From positions 10,664,001 through 10,728,000 of the forward strand of contig NC_087436.1 of NCBI RefSeq assembly GCF_036321535.1: a stretch of 64,000 nucleotides of DNA, written 5' to 3'. Shown here piece after piece: positions 52,081-64,000 of this stretch. Source of the stretch: Camelus dromedarius (Eukaryota). The notes under the pieces were generated by a model. It was given only the letters and a program-made list of their open reading frames with translations, did no database searches and had not been told where the DNA came from. The position numbers were made by a program, and so were the translations under genes. Position 1 is the stretch's first letter. Each line of letters begins with the position of its first letter.

Positions 52081-54813
52081 AACTTGTCTAAAGAACCTCT
52101 CCCACCATCTCCATGAGGCTAACAAGTCTGTACCTTACCAGACCAAATCATACTACCTTCTGCCCTGCCTGCAGGCAGCGCACTTCACGCCCAGGTTAGT
52201 AATCTTAACGATAATTTTAAAGAGCGTCCCTCCTTGTTGCAACACAGAGTTCATCATTCTAACTGGTAACGTGCCAGCTTCAAGTAAGACGGCAACTTGG
52301 TAAAAATACAAATTCTTCACATTGTTCTTCCAAGTGGTAGAGGAATAACTGTTTTAGTGACCTTGATGAATAACGCTGGTCATTCTATATAGTTACTCAA
52401 ATGAACACACACCAAATTAAAAAGTCATTTTAGAGTTTAGCTAAATATAGAAAAGAACACCCTATAGACTATTCACCTCTGATAAAAGTTTGATTAAAAC
52501 TACAATCATGTTTAGTCTTTTTTTTAATAACCAAATTCAACTCAGATATTAGAAAATAGTCATGTTCTGAGAATTGGTACGTGGTTCTTTTCATTTCTTA
52601 CAACCCAAATACCTGATGGTCAGAGCTACGCAGTTGGGATTACCCTGAACCCAGGTGAAGAAGACGCATATGCATTTAACCAAGGCCACCTATTGAACAG
52701 AGGACCAAAAGGTCCTGGAACTGTGACTGCCGGTGGGGGAGGCTGACATGGTGTCAGTCCACTGGATTTTGCTCTGTTCTTGAGTATAATTCCGAAATGA
52801 GTCAGTGTGAAAATAACACCACTTGACTAGTGACAGCAGATAATTCAGGCTCTTCAGGTACACCCCATTCTCCATAGGTCCTGGTTAAGTGAGTTTTCAC
52901 TGCTAATGATGGACAGCCATCTTCTCAATTAACCGCTTCCCCATTCTACCACGTCTTCACCCCTCTCCTAGTTTCCATGTTCCTACTTCGCTTTCCCAGT
53001 AGGTTTTTAGCCTGTAAAATCTTTAGGTGAGCAGAGTTGCCTCTGCATCACTTCCACGTAAGCCCCTGCCCAAAGCTGGGGTTCCTCTAGCATCCCACGA
53101 AAGTCCTCCAATAGAAAGAAAAATTGTCTTTATAACGAAAATGCTATTAACCAAGCTAACTATTGTTAAGTCTGTTCCAAGGCCTTTAGAAAATTCTGGC
53201 TGACTGACCACTGTGCATTGTGAATAATCCTTTTTCCTAAGACAAGATGAATTCTTATATGTGATTCTTTAGAGACTCAAGCAAATGCCTCCATGCTTCT
53301 TTCTGATCATCCGTGGCAATGAACATGGGCCAAGACACTAGTGGAATTGTCTCATTTCCTGTATCTCTCATCTTCTAACGTGGTATTTAACTTCCTGTAG
53401 GCCAAGGTCAGGCACAGGGCATGTTTAGTGTGGCCTAAGGACTTTAGACCTCTCTGAAATCTTCGCATTTGAGAAGTGAATTGTTATTAAATCTAACCAG
53501 TAACATCTTGGGAAGCACCAGAACCAGGACGGTTCAGAGGGCAGAGTGAGAACACAGTTTCATGGCAAGGCAACTGGGAGGGGTGGACCAGGCCTGAAAC
53601 AGTTCATCACTACATAGCAGCTGCCTTGAGAAACAGCTGCTTTTCAGAATTTTTTCTCCTTTTTCACTAAGAGATCTTGATATTTTGTCTTCATTTCCCA
53701 GAGCTGGTTCCTTAGCAACGGCTTCAAGGACTCCTTCAGTGAAAACAACTATTTTTAGATTTGAGTCAGTCGTAAAAATTCATGTTTTGGGTCAGGAATA
53801 CCATAAATTCACCTAGTTTGGGAGATACTTAAAGCCACATAAATCAGAAGCTCCCCAAGTGTAGCAGGTGTTGGATGAGTGATGTAAAGAAATTCAGACA
53901 GCTTGTTTGAGGAATGGATTAACTTATAGATTTCTGGATATTTAATAAATTCATGTTAAATTTTCAAACTTCTGACAGTCAAGCATCATTAATCACAGCT
54001 TTTCTCGTAGTTATAAGTGTCTCAGTTGGGCCTCACATGAAAAATAATCTGATTTCCTGACTTATTGATGAAAATCTCTTTGTTATTCAATAGGATGAAT
54101 TATTTGTGCCCAGAGTTTTTCCACTTAGACGCTGTATTATTGCCTCATAAAACAATGTGATGGAACAGTTACTTCCAAAAACAGCAAAGAATAAGCAACT
54201 GTTGGTTTAACCTGCACACAATTATAAAGTGAAATTCCACCACAAGTTAATTACAGAGATTAATTCTTATTTAGAGTCTATCACAGAGATCCAAAATATG
54301 AATCTTATTATGAAATTTCACTTGGACAGATAATGATGATTTCAAACGATTTGTTATGAACTTTATCTTCTACAAAGTTTGGAAGTGCCTGGGGTGTTGT
54401 GTTTTTTGCAAATGTAAAGCACTTATTCAAACGTTCCCACCAAGTGCAAGGAATGTACCAAAAAATACTGCACAGAAAGTCCTATTTGAGACGTGTGAGT
54501 CCGCAAACAGGTTAGTTACGCGTAACAGAGAATGAGGTTGCTTTTTTCACAAGAGAACAGGCATTTCTTCTGAACAGCAAGTCTAATTGGAAAAAATAAG
54601 GCGACCGTGACATTTCTGACCTCATCCTGCTCCAGCAACCTTGAGCTTGGTCCTCTTCGAAGAATGAACTGACCAGAAATGAACAAGGGTTTAGATGCTC
54701 TTCCTTCCTAGATTCAGGCCAATCGAACCAGACATGAAAGTAGAATTGTCCCTTTTCGAGAGATGTGTTCATTTTCAGAAAAGCCCAAATCTTCATAAAA
54801 CAAAACGCATAAT

Positions 54814-55295
54814 TGTGGTAGGCAGAGTAACTGTCTCCAAAAGATGTATGGGTTTTAATCCCTAGAATCCATAAAAATGTTACATTACATGGCAAAGGGG
54901 ATCTAAGGTGATGGTGGAGTAACAGCCGCTAATCAGCTAACCTTGTCTGGATCATCTGGATGGGCCCTTTAACAGGGTCATCACAGGGGTCCTTCAACAG
55001 GAGGAGGGAGGCAAAGCCTCAGCATCACAGTGATACAATGTGAGAAATGCTTGACTGGTCATTGCTGGGTTTAAAGAGGGAACAGAGCCTGGAGCCAAAG
55101 AATATGGGTGCTTTAGAAACTGGAAAAAAAACAAGGACACAGATTCCCTTAGATGCTCCAGAAGGAACATGTCGCTGACATTTGATTTTAGCCCAGTGAG
55201 ACCCATTTTGGATCTCCAACCTCCAGAACTGTAAGATCATAAATGCAAGCTGTTTTCAGCCAATAAGTGTGCGATCATTTGTTGGAGCAGCAATT
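54814..55295 (+). mobile_element. MaLR solo LTR (MLT1D-like)
   Basis: tgtggtaggcagagtaa...atgttacattacatggcaaagg...cctccagaactgtaaga...agcagcaat. Confidence 0.85.
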
Positions 55296-55508
55296 AAAAA
55301 AAAAACAAAAAACCAAAGACAGTGATGCACAGGAGAGCTAAGACCATTCCAAGGAGAAAAACATCACAGAAATGCTTCCATGTGGATTTCAAAAGATGGG
55401 CTGCAAGTCCTTTTGCTTGTAAGTTCAAAAGTACAGTACGAAAACAACCACCCATGCCCTCTATGGATGGTGACAAGGTGACAACCTTGGGCAGAGCTTT
55501 ATGCTTAC

Positions 55509-55524
55509 CCATGACATTTGTAGA
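55509..55524 (-). CDS. 16-nt coding micro-exon (phase 0 to 1): STNVM(G)
   Basis: Strong acceptor ttaattctgctctgcttttcag and donor TGG|gtaagc; supplies exactly the phase change needed between flanking exons. Confidence 0.65.
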
Positions 55525-56054
55525 CTGAAAAGCAGAGCAGAATTAACTTTCTACGTTGTGAACAACAGTCCTTTCCTGAAGCAGGATTCCCCATAGGGCA
55601 CTTGGCCCAGATGGAAGAAATTGTGCTCAGAAGAACTGAGTACCACTGAGAACCCGAGGTCCCTCAAGTCCATTTCTGAACTTTGCTGTGCTTGAGGATT
55701 TGACTGGAAACTTCTCAGCTCTGTCTCCTTTGCCAAGGTCATCCAAGCAGCCCGCCAGGCCTCCGTCGTCCACTGGAGCTGCTATCAAGCGCTGGCCTAA
55801 ATGTTTTCTACATTACTTCATTTTGTGCTTTTGTCTAAAACAGCAAAAGGAGACCAAGAGTACTTCTTTCTAGCTCACCCTAAGTTTTTACTTCCCGGCA
55901 TCCTCAGTTCCCTAACCACTAATCCCATTAAGTGTTATGTCACTTGTTATAAATGGCGCCTTTCCTGATCTTCCAACTCTTCAGGTATTCTTGGCTCTCA
56001 TCTTTCACAACCTGACTGTGGACACTTGGTTGGACAGAAGTTAGCACATAGGAT

Positions 56055-56352
56055 TCTTTTTTTTTTTTTTTTTAGTTGAGGTATAGTCACTTACAATGTG
56101 TCAATTTCTGGTGTACAGAATAACAGTTCAGTCATAGATACACATAGTATACTTGTTTTCATATTCTTTTTCATTATAGTTTACTACAACATATTGAATA
56201 TAGTTCCCTATGCTATACAAAAGAAACGTTGTTTATCTATTTTATATATAGTAGTTAGTATCTGCAAATCTCAAACTCCCGATTTATCCCTTCCCACCCC
56301 CTTTTCCCTGCGGTAACTTATTTATAGACCAGAAACAGACTCACAGACATCA
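56055..56352 (-). mobile_element. L1 3' end with short inverted piece
   Basis: Poly-T followed by antisense L1 3' UTR; sense fragment agaaacagactcacagacat at the end. Confidence 0.85.
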
Positions 56353-57492
56353 AAAGCACATACGATTCTAACCGTATCCATTCATTCATGCATTTGCCAA
56401 GTGCCGTGGTTGCAATAATGAATAAGAAGGCAAATTCCTTCCCTTATGGAGCTTTTATATTCTGATGCGAATGTGAGGAAGACAGAAACAAAACAATAAA
56501 CAGGCACTTACCTAGAGATGTGCACATCAAATTGTAATTTCAGGTGCTGATGAGTCAGATAAGTAAAATAAAATGATGGGAACCAGACCAACTCAGAGGA
56601 GATTATTTAGCTAAATTGGTGTCTTAATTTTTTAAAATATTTTGTCACATGTTTTAGAAAAAAACTTGTTCACCCTTTCCTTTCCAGAGAGTCTGAGAGC
56701 ATATAGGCAAAAATCATGATTCGATTCCTTATACAAACACACACAAAGAGATACACACAGAGACACACAAACGTTGTACTAATAACCCTCAATCACCGAA
56801 GTAGTAGTTCAAACCATCTTAGCCTTCCAAAATGAATCGGTTAATTTGTAACATATCCTATTCTCTGCTTCTCTACTTAGAAACTACCCCCCATTATTCT
56901 AAACTAAAGGAAAACTTTCCAAAGCAGTTTGTAGAAGGAATAACTCTACCTCAAGTACCTTACTGGGGGGCGGGGTGGGGATGATAAATAACCTTTGAGA
57001 TAAAGTCAAATATATAAACATGAGACGCTAAAAGTTTGAAAATACTGAGAAACAGCCAAACACTATTATTTATACAATATCACCTATATAGAGAGACCCT
57101 ATGATGCTCCTGTTAATAAAGCAAGCAAGCCACATGTGACAAAAAGATTCTGTCAGTGTTGAAGAAGAGTGGCTTGATGTTTCACAGATCAGCACTTAGG
57201 AATAAATTTCATTTTGATGCCAAGGGCTTTCCACAGACAAAGTTGACTTTTAGAATATACATCATACAAATCACCAAAATTAAAAAGAAAAATTCATCAC
57301 AGATTATTTTAAATAGCCTCCTCTTCTTGTGCATTTAAAGTATCATTTGATTTTTAGAATCTGAATTTAGATTTTTAAAAATACATATACTATTAAAATA
57401 TCAGATAAACCACATGTTTGATATATACATATATACAACAATCTTATAAAATACATCACATATTCATGCCTTTTTTGAAGTTCTAAGTTTAC

Positions 57493-57530
57493 CTTAAGTG
57501 AGAGGATACTTTCAGAAATTGCTCTGTGAA
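57493..57530 (-). CDS. Internal coding exon (38 nt, phase 1 to 0): (V)HRAISESILSLK
   Basis: Acceptor cttctctggcctgttatag and donor AAG|gtaaac; phase-compatible with both neighbours. Confidence 0.7.
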
Positions 57531-59469
57531 CTATAACAGGCCAGAGAAGTGTGATTTCTCTATTTACCTGTTCTGCGTTGTTTTCTGCCACTCAGGAGCT
57601 TACAGAAATGTGAATTCTATACATTTCACACATTGTGGGTTCTATGTGCAAAATGTCTTGCAAATGAATACTCTCTAAAAACAGTATAATTTAGATGTAC
57701 TTCTGTATGTTTTATAGAGTAAATTCCAGCAACAATAAACTTAAAAAAATAGCTGTTCAAATAAAGAAAAATGTTTTGTCATTAAGCCATTTCTAGTTAT
57801 GTGGCAAAATCTGCTAATGGATGCTTTGAAAGTTACAGATGTAGAATTTCATCTGTTAGAAATGGAACCAAATCTAAAAATTAATTAACACCTATTCCTC
57901 ATTTCACAGATGCAGAAACAACATCCCAGACATGTCAAGGTCTTGATCATCTCATCCGAGTAGTTGATGACACAGTGCGATGATCAGCTCCGAGCCTGGG
58001 TCTTTTTCACTTCGACCACACCCGAAACCCACCTGAACTCTCACCTGTTCCTGACAAATAACCAACATAATCTTTTTCTAAGAGCAAAAGAAATGCATTT
58101 TCATGATTTTTATGAAATTAACATTATCCAAGAACTTAAATATCCAAGTATTACAAGAACTCTGGTTAATTCATTAAAATTCCACTCATTCTACTAAAGA
58201 TGTAGTGATATTTAAGTGTTTTGAATTTGAAAGAAAGATTTTCACCCAGCAAAGTGTATGTTCTCCAGCCTCTGTCCTCTGCAATCACTAGTTCTGGTCC
58301 AGGCTGCAGACCTGATCAAAAGAGTTTCTTCATGCAAAACAAACTGAGTGTCTATGACGCCCTCCTCTTTGTTTTACTTCACCCTCAAGAGGGTTTCCAT
58401 TCTTTTGTGATTAAAAGTCACATATACTAGTGGTAATAAATCATACTTTTTCAGAAGTGTCTAGTTAGGTAATTAAGAACTATCAAAAGACTTAATTGCC
58501 TGTTTCAATCAGTTCCTGATCATTCAGACCACAGAATTTTTTTTAAGAAATGGCTTATGGACAATTCACTCCAGAAACATCTAGAGTCCTTGTGAAAACA
58601 GATTTGACTGAGCTTAAATTTCTAAGAGGTGAGGCTTCCAAGGGGACAATTTTAACAAGAACACCGAATGAATTTTACTCACACCAAACATCCACTTAAA
58701 TTCCTGAAGACTGTGACAACTCCATCTTTGTCTTTAGATCTTCAGTATCCATTAAGAAAACATCTGGTGCCTCATTGGAAACTATGTTGAATTAATTAAA
58801 TAAAATCAGCTCTGGCTTCGGTAGGAAAATAGGGAAGAGTAGTGTTGATAGAAAAATGGGGAAAAGAAAAGTCAAATTCTTGTCATTTTATAAGAGGCTT
58901 AAGAGTGTCACATACACCCCTTCCTCACTCAGGAGTCCTCCAGCCCGGGTCCATGTATCCGAGGACCATTCAGAGAACTTACAACTCACTGAGAACTGTA
59001 TCAGCTGAAAAGATGTGCTTCCTTGTTTGATCTTCAAAGCATCCAGCATCTTACTAATTTTACAAAGAGGAAATCATTGAAGTTTGTTCAGAGATTAAAT
59101 GACTCGAGGACATACTGCACCTAAGCAGCAAGGCTGAGGCTGCAAGTCAATTATTTTGACTTTTAGTTTAAGGTGTTTTCCTCTGATTTTGCTGCCTCTG
59201 TCACTCCTATAATTTGTTCTTTTTTTCCCCCTGATTTATACCTGCCTATAGATTTACTCATTTTTCCATAGACAGAAAATCTTCAAAACCAGAATATAAT
59301 GCACGTCATTAAAATGATATTGTGAGCTATATTTACATACTATATTATATATTTGTAGACTTATATTTTCTTAACAAATCAAAAATCAAAGCAATGCTAA
59401 GAATACTAAGAATAGGAAGGACTGAAACAAGAATCAACAACAACAACAAAAAAAGCCTTAGAAAACAAG

Positions 59470-59625
59470 AGGGGTGGAGCACGTGCTTAGCATGCACAAG
59501 GTCCTGGGTTCAACCCCCAGTAACTCCATTTAGAAATAAATAAATAGATAGATAGATAAAGAATAAATAAATCTAATTACCTACCCCCCAAAAAACAAAC
59601 AAAAAAAGTATTATTTTAAAAAGAG
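59470..59625 (+). mobile_element. 5'-truncated tRNA-derived SINE (Vic-1-like)
   Basis: gagcacgtgcttagcatgcacaaggtcctgggttcaacccccag and A-rich tail. Confidence 0.85.
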
Positions 59626-59821
59626 AAAACAATAGTTTTTAAGTTGATGTGAAAACAATTATAGTAATATTTGTAAAAGACTACTTCTGGGCATACCATT
59701 ACCTAGGATAAAACAAACATTTTCCTTAAGGAATTAGAGGAGGCATCATAGTTTGTGAAAACAATTTGGATTGCTCTGTCTCGGAAACTGTTCTGTGCAA
59801 CAGATTTTTTCCCATTGCACA

Positions 59822-60278
59822 TTGCATCAGCTTTCAGGGCTGAAGACAACAAGATATCACGAACTGGTGGCTTAAAACCACGGCACCGTATAGCCTCACA
59901 GCTCTAGCAGCCGAGAATCCAGGTGTTGGCAGGGCCACGCCCCCTCGAAAGCTCGCAGCGAGGTCATCCCCGCCTCCTCCCGGCTTCTGGCCTGTCGGTA
60001 ATCTTTGGCAATCTGTCCGTGCTTGCAGCTACACAGCTCGCCTCTGCCTTGTCTTCCCGCAGTGTTTTCCGCGGATGCTTGTGTCTTCCCACGACCATCT
60101 TCTTATAAGAACACAAGTCATATGCACCAGGAGCCCATCCAACTCCAGGCTGATCTCATTTTAGTTAATTACCCTGGCAATATCCCAACTCCCAATAAGG
60201 TCACATTCTGAGTTACTGTGGGTTAGAACTACAACATATTTTTTGCGGGGAGGGGAACACAGTTCAACTCATAACACA
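59822..60278 (-). mobile_element. MaLR solo LTR (MLT1C-like)
   Basis: ggtggcttaaaac...aataaggtcacattctgag...cacagttcaactcataaca. Confidence 0.85.
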
Positions 60279-60879
60279 CGTGAAAAGAAATACAACTTCA
60301 ACGATAATTCTAGAAGGTTTCCCAATGATTTCTTGGATGACTGCTCAGAAGCATCTTTCAGTCACCGCCACACTGAGTTTGGTAGTTCTACATTCACTAG
60401 GCTAAATTCGTCAGCAGCACATGGGGAAAGTATGTGTATGCACTTCATGCTATATTTAAAACCCAATAGAAGTGACAAGTTCTTATCCTTAAAACTTCTA
60501 TTTAATCGGCATCATTTTTAGAAGTAAGTCAATGTTCTCATTGATTAAACCAGACCCTATTCCTCCTATATTTCAACGCCTAATCAGAGGAGTGCTGTTC
60601 TTTGTGGCTGTCACAATAAGTGAGTTTTGATGAGGACAAATTCACCTAAAAATAAAAATGTCTATACATTTTGCGCTTGCATTCTTATAAGAAAATTTAA
60701 ACCTGATATATGGAATATAAAAAATGAAAGAAGGAAATAATTCCAAAATTATCCCATCTAACTGTCCCATAAGAAGCCTCTTCCCAGCCAGGCTGGTCCA
60801 TTTGTTTCCATACCTGCCAATTCCTCTTCCTCCATCTGTTCCCCATCATCCTCCACCATAAATATCCTTTTCATGTTTT

Positions 60880-60995
60880 ATGAGGGGGGTGGGGGTTATT
60901 AGGTTTCTTCATTGATTTCCCCTTGGAGGAGGTACTGGGGATTGAACCTCTGATCTCTTGGGTGCTGAGCATGCGCTCTGCCACTTGAGCTATAA
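60880..60995 (-). mobile_element. tRNA-derived SINE (Vic-1-like)
   Basis: Reverse complement of tatagctcaagtggcagagcgcatgctcagca...ggttcaatccccagtacc. Confidence 0.85.
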
Positions 60996-61212
60996 CTTTG
61001 AGATTTGCAGATACTGACTGGTATATATAAAATAGATAAACAAGTTTATACTGTAGAACACAGGGAAATATATTCAATATCTTGTAGTAGCTTCTGGTGA
61101 AAAAGAATATGAAAATGAATATATGTATATTCATGTATGAAGAATTGTGCTGTACATCAGAAACTGACACAACATTGCAAACTGACTGTACCTCAAAAAA
61201 AAAAAAAAAAAA
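60996..61212 (+). mobile_element. Short L1 3' end with poly-A
   Basis: tttgagatttgcagatac...actgactgtacctc followed by an A-run. Confidence 0.85.
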
Positions 61213-61214
61213 GG

Positions 61215-61850
61215 CAGCCTGTGAAGCCTGATTAACCCCTGGGAAGTGTGTTCTTCCTGACATTCAGTTCAGATATGGCCAAAAAGAACAGTTGACAAGG
61301 AATACTTTCCCAGGGAAAGAGATAGAGTCCTTGGAGAAAAACTGGATAAAGGAATTTCTCTCGCAATGTAGAACCAGGATCTATGTTTCCCTGCCTCCAG
61401 GGTAGAGTCTACCTAATGCTTGCCTGGCAGGATTTTAGCATTGCCCCACCATGGTATGTTGTTTAAAGAACCTAATCAACTAATCAAAAGGATAATTATC
61501 CTGGGTGAGCCTGACCAAATCAGGTGACTCTCTTTTAAAGGTATCTAAAAGTCACTGATTACAAGTAGAGATTCTATTTCTGTTTCTGGCTTCAAGGAAG
61601 CAAACTACCACAAATGCTACAGCCTCAAGGGAATTAATTTTGCCCACAACCTAAGCAGATCTTTCCTTAGTCAAGCCTCTAGATGAAAACATAGGCTGGC
61701 TGGCACCTTGATTTAAATTTTTGAGATCCTTAGGAGAAAACCCAGCCAGGCCATGCCTGGACTTCTGTCCTACGGAAACTGTGAGACGAAACAGTTTTCA
61801 ACTGCCAGATTCTTGACACTGCCCTGTCCAGCAATAGAAAACAAACACAC
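61215..61850 (+). mobile_element. Old MaLR LTR fragments (MLT1-like)
   Basis: attatcctgggtgagcctgacc...ccatgcctggacttctgtcctacggaaactgtgaga...cagcaatagaaaacaaacaca. Confidence 0.7.
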
Positions 61851-62494
61851 ACTCCTTCCAATCATAAACGTTCCTTGTTTCATCACACTGTTCCCTGAAA
61901 CATGGAACATCACTTCTGTGCCTTTTCCTTACAGTCAGTTTCAGATGCCCTTGCCTATATCCACCTGGCCAGACCATGTCATCCTTAAAGGATTAGCTTA
62001 GACCCCACTCTTGCCTCCATCCCCTGCCCACCCTCTGCCCTACCCCACCCTTCCCCTCACCCTCCACATGTGGAATTAATCACTTCTCTATCACCCTGGA
62101 ATTGTTTAGGTACTTTGATTGCACTCATTATTGCTAACTGTTTATGAGTTTATGCACTAATCAGTGAATTCCTTCAGAGAAAGACACATATCCTATCAAC
62201 CTGCAAATTCTTACCAGCTGGTATAGGGCCTGGCCAATAGAAAGTATTCAATAAATATGCGTCATCTGAGATTTCCAGATTTTTCTAACTTTTGGTTGGT
62301 TTTACTCAAACTGTGTGAGTTCTTGTCTGTTTCTTTTCTCAATTTGGCCAATTTTTTTTCCTTTATTTGCTTCTTCTCTTTGTCAGCTACTATTACAATT
62401 ATATTTCATTTTTATTGTGGATCTTATTTTTAAGGACAATTGTTTTGATACGATCTGATTTCCTAAACAGAGATGTTTATAAGTTTGAAGTCTG

Positions 62495-63135
62495 TACCAT
62501 ATGATCCAGCAATCCCACTCCTGGGCATATATATGGGAAAATCTCTAATTATAAAAGGCACATGCACCCCAATGTTCACAGCAGCACTATATACAATAGC
62601 CAAGACATGGAAACAACTTAAATGTCCATTGACAGATGACTGGATAACGAAGCTGTGGTATTTTATACAATGGAATACCACTCAGTCATTAAAAAAGAAT
62701 AAAATAATGTTATTTGCAGCAATATGGATGAACCTGGAGATTGTCAGTCTAAGTGAAGTAAGCCAGAAAGAGAAAAAAAAATACCATATGATATACTCAT
62801 ACGTGGAATCTAAAAAAGAAGAAAAAAGAAGACATTCATGAACTCATCTACAAAAGAGACTCACAGACATCATAAACAATCTTATGGGTATGGGGGGGAG
62901 GGTGGTAAGGGATAAACTGAGAGTTCAAGATTTGCAAATATTTACTACTATATATAAAAATAAATTTAAAAGTTTCTTCTGTATAGCACAGGGAATTACA
63001 TTCAATTTCTTATAGTAACCTATAATGAAAAAGAATATGGAAATGAACATATGTATGTATATGTATGACTGAAACATTATGCTGATCACCAGATGTTGAC
63101 ACACTGTAACTGAGTATACTTCAATAAAAAATAAA
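62495..63135 (+). mobile_element. Young L1 3' end, TSD aagtctg
   Basis: ORF 62473..62841 [12 protein letters not shown]...TCTPMFTAAL is the L1 ORF2 end. Confidence 0.92.
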
Positions 63136-63299
63136 TTTTAAGTCTGAAAAAAAGTTATTAATTAAGCAGCCAACTTATGATTACACACTTTTCATAAACC
63201 TGAGTCTCAATAATAATCACAGTAGACAGAAATGTTACACGTAGATTTCTAGAAATATTTACGCTCCTTTATGCCAAGTTTTCACGTGCTTCAGATTTC

Positions 63300-63520
63300 A
63301 GTATAGCACTGTGGTTGAGAACGTGGGCTCTGCATTCAAACAGACTTGGGGTCCATTTCCCTACTGCTTGGGGGACTATGGCCAAATTACTTAATCTCTC
63401 TGAGTCTCAGTTTGCTCTCATACAAAATGGTTAATAAAATCATTAACCTCACAGGGCTAATGTAAGGATTAAGTAAATACTGCACACATAGTTGAAGCTA
63501 AAAAAATGTTAACTTGAAAC
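63300..63520 (+). mobile_element. MIR SINE
   Basis: ttacttaatctctctgagtctcagtttgctctcatacaaaatgg core. Confidence 0.8.
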
Positions 63521-63837
63521 TATTAAGATTTAGGGATTAGGTGCAAAGGTATAAATATTGATTGTATCTTTGTTAAATAAATGGCATAAATCATCATAGA
63601 TGGTTTTCCCTACAATAAAACTATTTAGAATAAATACATATAAATTTAATTTATTCTGATGTTTTCATTGAATGGAATAAATGTTTCTCCCTTTTTAAAA
63701 TAGACAATACAGATAAAAGACACAAATAAGGAAGAAATGAAAGTGAACAAATTCATTAGGATTTCATTTCTGTACTTTATTCTGAACGACAGTTTTTTAA
63801 AATGTGATGAGTAAAGTAGTTGATAGACTTTCCTCAC

Positions 63838-63968
63838 CCCAGGTAATCAAGAGGGCTTTCTTATGTTGCAAATCATGACAGAATATTCTCAGTATAAATA
63901 GCTTTGCATTAGCCCAGGTGGTATTTGTAAAGGTGCGCAGAAAAGTTTGTAAAATTAGTGTAAAGCAG
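63838..63968 (-). CDS. Internal coding exon (131 nt, phase 2 to 1) of an unidentified intact gene: (S)CFTLILQTFLRTFTNTTWANAKLFILRIFCHDLQHKKALLITW
   Basis: Acceptor ttcatttatag and donor TGGG|gtgagg; only one open frame (ORF track 63797..63994); phase matches the next exon. Confidence 0.75.
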
Positions 63969-64000
63969 CTATAAATGAAATATTTATAAAACACTTCTGC

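Noticed and set aside
52690..52880. Possible additional minus-strand exon
   Set aside because: Weak acceptor and the phase-compatible frame ends in a stop at a poor donor.
54515..54526. Perfect 12-bp palindrome GTTACGCGTAAC
   Set aside because: Palindromes of this length are expected by chance in 64 kb; no supporting context.
1..64000. CRISPR arrays, rRNA genes or prokaryotic operons
   Set aside because: Sequence is mammalian; no regularly spaced repeats or rRNA-like sequence seen.

Overview
AT-rich mammalian genomic DNA, most likely camelid (inferred from tRNA-Ala-like Vic-1-type SINEs and the young L1 3' ends), densely filled with L1, L2/MIR, ERV-L/MaLR LTRs and DNA transposon fossils. 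Two gene-like structures lie on the minus strand. (1) The last five coding exons of an apparently intact spliced gene that I could not name (63968-63838, 57530-57493, 55524-55509, 44399-44342, 43634-43589). They join with matching phases into ...LLITWVHRAISESILSLKSTNVMGITFWGNDCTREIRNFNSPKIEEIVNGVVQEMAL*. (2) Downstream of it, a roughly 9.5 kb, heavily decayed fossil gene (about 21650-12200). My manual, frameshift-tolerant reading gives a twice-repeated module: DZIP3-like HEPN, then ankyrin repeats, then a cGAS/Mab-21-type nucleotidyltransferase (cGLR). That would place a second-messenger synthase, a repeat sensor and an RNase-type domain together, reminiscent of OAS-RNase L. All domain calls are by eye from motifs and need HMM or structure confirmation. 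Repeat family names and boundaries are approximate.
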